From: Nitrososphaerales archaeon
Lineage (GTDB): Archaea; Thermoproteota; Nitrososphaeria; Nitrososphaerales; UBA213
Length of the DNA stretch: 64,000 nucleotides
Reading direction: 5' to 3'
Assembly (NCBI GenBank): GCA_965197925.1
Contig: CBDAOC010000016.1
Span: 64,001 to 128,000, forward strand
The notes below the pieces were generated by a model. That model was not told the DNA's origin. It did no database searches and saw nothing but the letters and a program-made list of their open reading frames with translations. Both the position numbers and the translations under genes were made by a program. Positions 49,301-58,300 of the stretch are shown here, in pieces (the stretch's first letter is position 1; every line of letters begins with the position of its first letter).

Positions 49301-52300
49301 CAGTTATTCTCCCTTCACTGCCGCCAGACTCATCGAATCCATATGTAGCACCACCAACTTGCCACACACCGCTACCAGGAGACTTAGCGCCTGACAAAGG
49401 ATCAACCTCATAAGCGCGATCAGTCTGTTCTGCAGATCTCTGTCCAGGAACAAGAATACTACTTCCTGTACCCATCTGCTTTAATGCCTCAACAAAACCT
49501 GATGGAAGGTTCTCTAATGTACGACGAAACTCTACTTCACCGGCAGCATTACGACGCAAATTAGCATTACTAAACTCAGGATCAAATTCCAAACCACTAA
49601 ATTCACGAGCAGCATTTTCTCCCGCAGATATAACTGATGCAAACATATCTCTAAACAATTCAGTTACTAAATCTAACTCACTCTTAATAGCACCACTAGC
49701 AATACCAGCCTCTAGACTATCTTCAAATGGAGAAATTACTGCACCATATCTATCAGACATATCTTGCAACATCGTAGCCGCGCCATCAGGAGCATCAGAA
49801 AGTCTAGTGCCTCGACCTACCTCAAATCTCTCAACAGCTAAGTCGACCATACTTTGCTCAAACCCACCAGTAAACAAATCCTGCCCACCAGTAAGACCAG
49901 CCATAGCCCATGTAGAAGGATCTTTACGTAGATTTTGTCCAGCAACAGCATATTGCATAGACATACCAAACATATCTTCCGCACCACCAACACCGCTCAT
50001 ACGACCAACAGCACCTAAAATACTACGCAATACAGTTTGATCCTCAAGTTTACCGAAACTAGTCTCGACCATATCAGATGTAACATCTTTGGCAAATGGA
50101 TCGAAATATGACGCTGTTTGACGTACACGTGCACCAGCCATCCCAACAGCAGCACGTCTATCTGCTTCTTTAGCTTCATACTCTAACCTATCTATATTTC
50201 TAGATACATACCCTTCAGTAACAAATCCCTTAAACATTTCGCGACGATCATAAACACCTGTTCCACCGAACAACTCATCATCGTACTGAGCAGTAGTTAA
50301 TCTTTCAGCTTCAAATGCCGCTAGTTTTTCACCGGCTTCCACAGATGCTGCATAGTATGAAGCCTTATCACCAACTGTAGATACACCTAATCCTTCGCGT
50401 AAAGCTTGTTCATCTTTACCCATCATTGTTATAGCTTCACGATAGCCACGTTCACGTAACTTAGCAATATCCTCAGCCAAACGATCATATTGTGTACCAA
50501 ACATTTGCACAGGTTGTGTAGTGCCATACAACTTTTCTGATAATTCAGAAGGCATTGTAGAAAGAAGCCCTTCACCTATATCAATACCAGCACGAGTACC
50601 TTGTAACTCATAACGCTCAGCAGCAGCAAGTGTCTGCTCTCTTGCTCTACTACCAAGACGCATAGCTGCTTCTCTAATAGGCTCATGTTCAGGAGCATCA
50701 CCATATACAGCAGAAAGTAACGCAGCATCACCAACAAGTCTTTGATTAGGCCCAAGCATATCTGCAAACTGAGCAGGATCTGGTAGACCACCTTGAATAC
50801 CAGCAACATCTAAAGCGGCCACAATAGAATCTAAACTAACCAATTCAGGCATCTTACCTATCATAGAATCCATAGTAGACATTTGACGAGGAAGATCAAA
50901 ATCCCCTGTACCTACAGGTATACGAGCATATTGTTCAAAATCAATACCACGCATACTAGGAGTCAGTCCAGCAAGCACAGACGCAGGGACACCTGCATAC
51001 CGTGCCTCTCTCATTAACGTTTGTTCAGCAATAGATAACTGACGAACATCAACATCAGCACCCCAACCACGACTAGTAAAGAATTCATTAAACAAACCTT
51101 CACCCCGAGCCTCTGCTGTAGCCGCTGTAGCAGCCTGTGCAAATGATTCAGGTTCTGCACGTGTCCAACCAGTAGCTTGAAGATAGTCTTGAATTCTAAT
51201 AGCTTCTCCAGATTCAGTAGCACCAAAAATATCTACAACACTACGCGCTTCTGGATCTCTTGAATCCTCACCAAACGCAGCTTGTCCTTTAATATCAAAG
51301 AACAATCTATCTTGAGATGCAAACTGTTCCATAAATCCCGCAGCAATAGCATTAGCAATAGGCCCACCAACTTCATAATGCTCAGGTGCATCGACACCTT
51401 CAACACGGAACCTTTCTGTCATTAAACGCAAAGCATCATTAAACGCTGTAACATCAGCATCACCAGTAGTAGGATCAATAGTATGCTCTAAAGCACGCAT
51501 AGCAACTGGCTGACCATATGCATCAACACTACGACCCAAAACAGTAGGATCAGCTGCACCTGTAATAGGATCAATACCTCTAGTATCAAACGGTGTAGTA
51601 AGCTGTCTAACAGTGTCCGCATCGACCATCCACACATCTTCCATACGAGGTCTAATTACACCTGACTCAAATGCTCCTGGTGGAACCATTTGTGCAGGCA
51701 TAGGATCACCTTTTACAATATCAGCTCCTGGAATAGGTGAATCATAAGTATACTGTTCACCAAAAACAGCTTCATTTATCTTAGGTCTTGTATGATAATA
51801 CTCAGTATCATCACCAGGAAGTCTAAAGATAGCTTGAGATCTAATCTTTTCTAGAGATACATCTATAGCATCTTGTCCATAAATACGACTATAAGGAACT
51901 TCACTTACATCTTGTGGCTTAATTTGTGCAAGCATATCTCGCGCCATAGTAAACACACCACTAGATGTATCAAAACCAGTAGCCCAATCAGGCATTTGCT
52001 GTGGAGTATCAAATGGAGTCCAGTCTAGAGAACGATCTACAGCTGCCTTACTTTCTGCCAATTGCTGTTGCCAGAAATTCATATTAAGAGCATTACCACC
52101 AAACTCAGCAAATTCAGTAGCTCCTGTTCCAACAAAAGCCATCTTAGACCCTTCACCAAAAGTACCACTTGCCTGTAATTCAGCGTCCATAGCAGACGCT
52201 AGACGCAAAGCTTCTCCCATACCTTTATTAGAAGCAGAGATTTGATAAATACTATCACCTATAGATGCCTCTAAACCACCTAAAATACGAGCAACATCAT

Positions 52301-55300
52301 GCATAGCACTAGCAATATCCGCCAATTCCTCTGCACTGGATACACCACCTTCACTAGCCAAATTACTAAATATATCAGCAAGCACACTTTTGTCTAGAGG
52401 AATAATTGCCTCATCATATCCAGCCTCACCAGCATTAATTAATGTACCGCCTGAATTCGCAGGAATTACACCACCCTCCTGCATTTGAGGAACAGATAAT
52501 GGATTAGTCAACTTAAGACTATCATACTCATTAGCAGCATTACGCAAAGTATCTGTTACACGTGATGAAGGTTCACTTAAGTCATACTTAGGAACTTCCG
52601 GAATCTTAATCCAATCTTGACCCTCTGAAGGTCTAACGTAACGTACAGGCTTCTTCCAGAATTCCAAATGTCTCAAGTAAGCATGTAGAACAGCCATCAT
52701 AGATGTATCCGCACTTTCAAACTTAGAATACTCATGCCATCCTGGTCTATAATTTTCATACTCATAGTCTTCACGACTCAAAGCTGCAAATGGCTGTATA
52801 TTTTCCTCTCCCCAATCTCTAGCCCATTCTGGACTTCCTTGCCAATCATAATCTTTACCATACTGAGAACGCAATCCCATCTGCAATGCTTGCCAAGATG
52901 TAGCACGACGAGGATCCTCTTCAATAGAGCGTCCACGGATACCTTGTGCAGCCTGTCTAGAAACTACACGTCTCAAACCAGGAGATAAACTTCTAGCAGC
53001 AAAACCAGCATTCTCTCTGCTAGAGCCTTGACGTACATACCCAGAGTAAGCCTGCATATCCTTAATAATAGTATTCCACTGTCCAGAATCAGACAACTGC
53101 TTCAACTGCGCTAAGTTACGACGAAGATTACGATCTTCAATAACTTCAAACGCACCGGAACGAACTTGCTCCCACTGCTCATCAGTAAGCACAGCATTTA
53201 CACCAGAATACAAACGTTGCTGCTCTGGTTCCAAAGAACCCCAATCATCTTGGAAAGTAGCTGAGAATGGAGTACCTTGTCTATCCCAAGGCATTTGAAT
53301 AGTACTTGGAAGATCAGATGCCCAACGAGATGGTGGAGCAGCTGCTAACTTAGCCACTAACCATGGATGAATAGATGGTGGAGCAGTTATCCATGGACGA
53401 TTAACATGCATGAACTCTTCATTCATAGGCTCAAATGTAGCACCACGAGTACCACTAATTCTTTCCATTTCACGCTTATTGTAATCACGAGCATAAGCAC
53501 GGCGTGGCCCAACTGCATACTCTCCAATATAAGGAATGGGCAATCTACCAATAAGTGGAATTGCTTGTATACCCGGGAAACTACGTGAAAGCAATGGAAG
53601 CTGGAACATTTCCATTTGCTCTTGACGACGTGCTGCTTCAGCATTAAACAAATCTAATGTATTATACCCAGAACCAAATTCACTGCCAAATTCACGACGA
53701 CGTCTTTCTTCCCAAATAGCACCTTCCGCACCAGCAGCACCAAGAATACCAGCTTGTGCAAGTAGTAATGGACGAGCCAAACCTCTAGTTGGCAGCCAAC
53801 TTCTCCAATCAGTACTTCTACGCCACTCTTCAGGATCTATAATACTTCCACCCATACGACCTTTAAGCATATCCCCACGAAGTTCCATTCTATTTCGTCC
53901 AGAACTCACATCCAATTCTCTAGTCCAAGGTGTATTTATACCCCAACCAACACGTCCTCCAGTTCTACGCACTGGTGAACCAGTCTCTATACCAAGTGTC
54001 ATAGCATATATTTTACGACCTAAATTATCTCCCCAATCCATACGACCGAACGACTTCGCAGTTGGTATATCAGCCATGAAAGCTTCACGACGTTCAATAT
54101 CACGACGAACCTGTCTCTTCTGTTCATCAGTTAACAAATCAAAGTCTATATCAATGTCGATACGTCCATCACCACCACGCGCACGATTTCTAGTCATCAA
54201 CTCCTCATAGTTAGGCATATCTCTAGTAATCTTCATAAATGGAAGAATTTGATCAGCAATACGTCTCTGAGATTCAGCACTCAAACCACGACGATTAGCT
54301 TCATTGATTAATTGATTCGCATCACGACTCAAACGACTCAAATGAGTTTCATATTGTTCCAAACGCTTAGGATCCTCTAGATTTGCAGTAATCTTCTTTA
54401 GGCCAATCTCACGACCACGGACTTTCTGATTCCACAAATCCTTCATAAGCATGCTGAAGTAGTTACCATACTGCACAGTACCTTCATCATTGGTACGACG
54501 GTACAATTCATCATTATCGCCAACTTCGTCTAGTCTACGATATAGACGCTCATACAATTCAGGATTATCACCCTTAAGTGCACGCAAGAACACATTAAAA
54601 TCTCCACGATCACGCAATGCACGCAAACGCGCTGGCCCAACACCAGTCTGATTAGTAATAATACGTTCAGCTAACTCAGCATATCCACCACCCTCACGTA
54701 AAGTTCTATGCATAGAAAGTTGAAGAATTTCTCCCTGCTTTGCACCACTAAATCTAGCTAATGACGCAGGAGAATCATATAGTCTACCAATATTTCTACC
54801 AGCCATCCACCAACCTGTCATGAATGGCAAACCAGAGATACCAGCAGAAATAGCTGTACCCATAACATCCATACCAGAACGTGAATACACACCAGGTAGC
54901 TGCATAATACGAGCGAACTGACCTACATCGGTATTCTGAATAAATTGCTCAGTAATACCGCCACGAACCAACTCACCAGATGTATCAGAACGAATTTCTC
55001 CACGTAGTCTATTTCCTGAACTAGAACCCGCAACAAATCTAGCACCTCGTCCAATACCTCTTCCAACTCTTCCAGCAGGAATCATACCCATACCACGACC
55101 AATACCACGTCCCGCAGCACCAAAAGTACGACCAGACAAAGCAGTCAATTGCGTACCACCCCACTGCATACCTCTCATAGCAGCAGACAATACTCCCGGA
55201 GCACCACTACTCGCTGTACGGCGACCCCATGCCTGAAGCAAAGGCATACGTGTCGCACGATTACCAGCCCTATTTGCTTGCTTAATAAGCTCAATATACT

Positions 55301-58300
55301 CTTGTCCAGTCTCCGCCATCATAGGGTCGATTTCGTCGGCAAACTCCATTCCCATAGTCGGATCTCGTAATCTAGCATCATTAACATCTGGTAGAAAATC
55401 ATAGTAAGAAGCAACGGGCTGCATACCCAAATCATCCCAAGATCTGCCTACTACATCCTGCGCACCAAATCTACCAAACTGTTCTGGTAGCATACCAGAA
55501 AGAATATTCCATAATGCTCCTGTCTGCTCTACATCCAGCCTATTATAAAGATCCATAACAAACTGCAAATCCTTATTATTAGGATCTCTATACATTCTTT
55601 CCATTAGCTCACCCGCAGGAACTTCAAGCTCACCACGAGATAAACCAAGCATCTCAGTAATACTACCAGGGCCCTTCAATGGCAACTGACGCAAAGCATT
55701 ACCCCAGAAACGACGCACACGATCTTCAATAGCTTGAGGACTAAGAACACCACCTTCCAATTTACCACTAACCCAAGTATCCTCTTCCTTAGTAGCAGCA
55801 CGCACCATACCACGTCCACCTAGTCCAGCTGCTTCACCACCCTTACGCAAATCCCAAACTACTTTACCTTCAAAATTAACTCCAAAATTACGAGCAGTTA
55901 AATCTAAGTCGTGAGATACATTGTATCCAACAACATCCGTTACACTACCAACAATATCATTAAGTACACCAGCTTTAACATCATTTAATGATAGAGCAAT
56001 ATGTTCCACACTTCCATCATCGTTAATAATCTGTGCACCCCAGTAACCAACGTTAGCACGTTCACGGCCACGAACAAGTTTCTTATAGTCGTTTTCTACG
56101 TCAAAAATAAGAATACGACGACGCTTCATAGCATGAAGACGAAGTTGCTCAGGGGTAAGATCACGATCCAAAGATCCACGTACACTTTGTAGCATTCCAC
56201 TAGGAGATACAGTAGTCTTTTGAACATCTAAAATGCCCTCTGGAGCCTCTAAACCACGAGCTAAACCTTCCCAATCAAATCCTGATAATGTAGGATCCTG
56301 AATAATCTCACTCAGTGTACGGCCACCAATTATTCTTCTAGTAATCTCCTCAGCTTGAGACCACTCATCAATACCCAACCGTCCTACACCAAATAGCCCC
56401 GACTCATATAAACTAGTCTGACCAACTGTAGCACCTATTGAACCTTGGTAACGCAATGGCCCAGCAGCTTCTGCAATAGCACCCATCTGTACATCTTGAA
56501 TTTCTTGAAGAGCTTTGAACTCTCCCTTAATCATCTCACCAATATGATAGGCCGCACCACTAGCACTTTGCTGACGACGTACTACATATTCTTTAGCTTG
56601 TTTAACTCCAGCAGCAATACCACCACCAAACTCCAAACGTAATGCAGGTTGAAAGTCATCAAATGACTCAAAATAAGACTCATATGCACTTCTATCTAGA
56701 AGTTCTAAAATCTCATCAGAAATAGCAGTATTAAAACCTTTACGACGACCAGCACTAGACTCGGATACAGCTACTTGCATAAGAGCAGCAGCATAATCTT
56801 GAGGCATATACCCTTGATTAACGGCCTCACGTAAACCTTGATTTACGACATCAGATTGAGCAGTAGTAAGTTTATCACCCTCTACAACACCAGCATATAA
56901 AGGACTACGATAACGATTATGCAATCCACTAGACATTGTAGTAGCACGACGAGCTATCTGTAGCAAACGTGTATCTAATTGCTTAGTCATAGCACTACGT
57001 GAACCCTGGAATAGAATGCTCTGAACATTTTCAAAGACACGGGATTCCAACAGTGCATCCTTACGAACATTAGCAATATCTAAACTAGTATATTCATAAC
57101 GAACACCAGCAGCTATAGGAGAACTAACTTCAGACAAGTATTCTTCAAAGTCACGCTTCAACCATGGATACTCTTCAATCAAATGCTTATCCAAAGAACG
57201 GCGTGGATTCGCCTCTAACCACTGTCTAATTTCATTCTTAATAGCCTTTTCAGCTACAACAGAAGAACCTCTAAATCTTGTTAAAGCATCAAGAACATCA
57301 GAGAAAACACCACCAGCAATATCGCTATCAACACCAGAATGCGTTAGCAATCTCATGTAAACATCAATTTTACCAATGTTACCTTTCTCACGATTGAACT
57401 GAGTAATTCTACGAATATTAGTTGGCCCATGCTCAGTTAGTCTCAATGGACTACCACTCATAGGAAGATCAGTAGGATTAAATCCAACATTACGTGCTTG
57501 TCCACTACGTACATCACCAAAATTCCATCTAACTAATTGATTACCAGTTTGAATCTCTGTATTTGTTACATCTATAGCTTCGATACGTGTAGTTTTAGTA
57601 AATTTATCAGCATCAACTTTACTTATTCTACGAACAAGACCAGCACCTACGCCTTGAGGATCTCTACCAATAGGAAGAAAATATTCCCACTGTTTACGAT
57701 TATTCATACTCTTTAGTAAAAATGTCAAAGCATGGTCATCAGCATCAGAACCCTCTGTACCACGAATAAATTCCCATGTAGCAACATCTTTTTCATGCGG
57801 AGCAAGACCAATATATCTACCACTATCATCGAAAATAAGTTTTACATGATCTTGGCTTTCATAAGTTCCTTTGGTAAAAAATTCAGCTGGAAGCAGACGC
57901 CCATACACAGCCTGCAAAGCTCCAGATGGTGCCATACCAGTACCACCCCGAGCAACGGCCTTACCTACAGTAGAACTATACAAACGAAATCTTGATGTAG
58001 CATACGCGCCTCTCTTCATAGCTGCAGACATAAATGGATTTTCCTGAGAATACCTTTCAGAAATCTCATCATAATACGACATTGCAAACTCTTCATCATA
58101 ATTAAATGACTGACCCTCATCTAATCTACGACTCATTTCACGTTGTGTACGTAATTGTGCAATAGTTTGCATCTCTGCTTCTGATGGTTGATCATTAGCA
58201 AACATAGAACGAACACGTTGCCATTCAGCTCTACGCATACCACGATACGCAGGCTTAATAATTCTCTTTACAAGATCACGACCCATTATACTTTCAAGCC

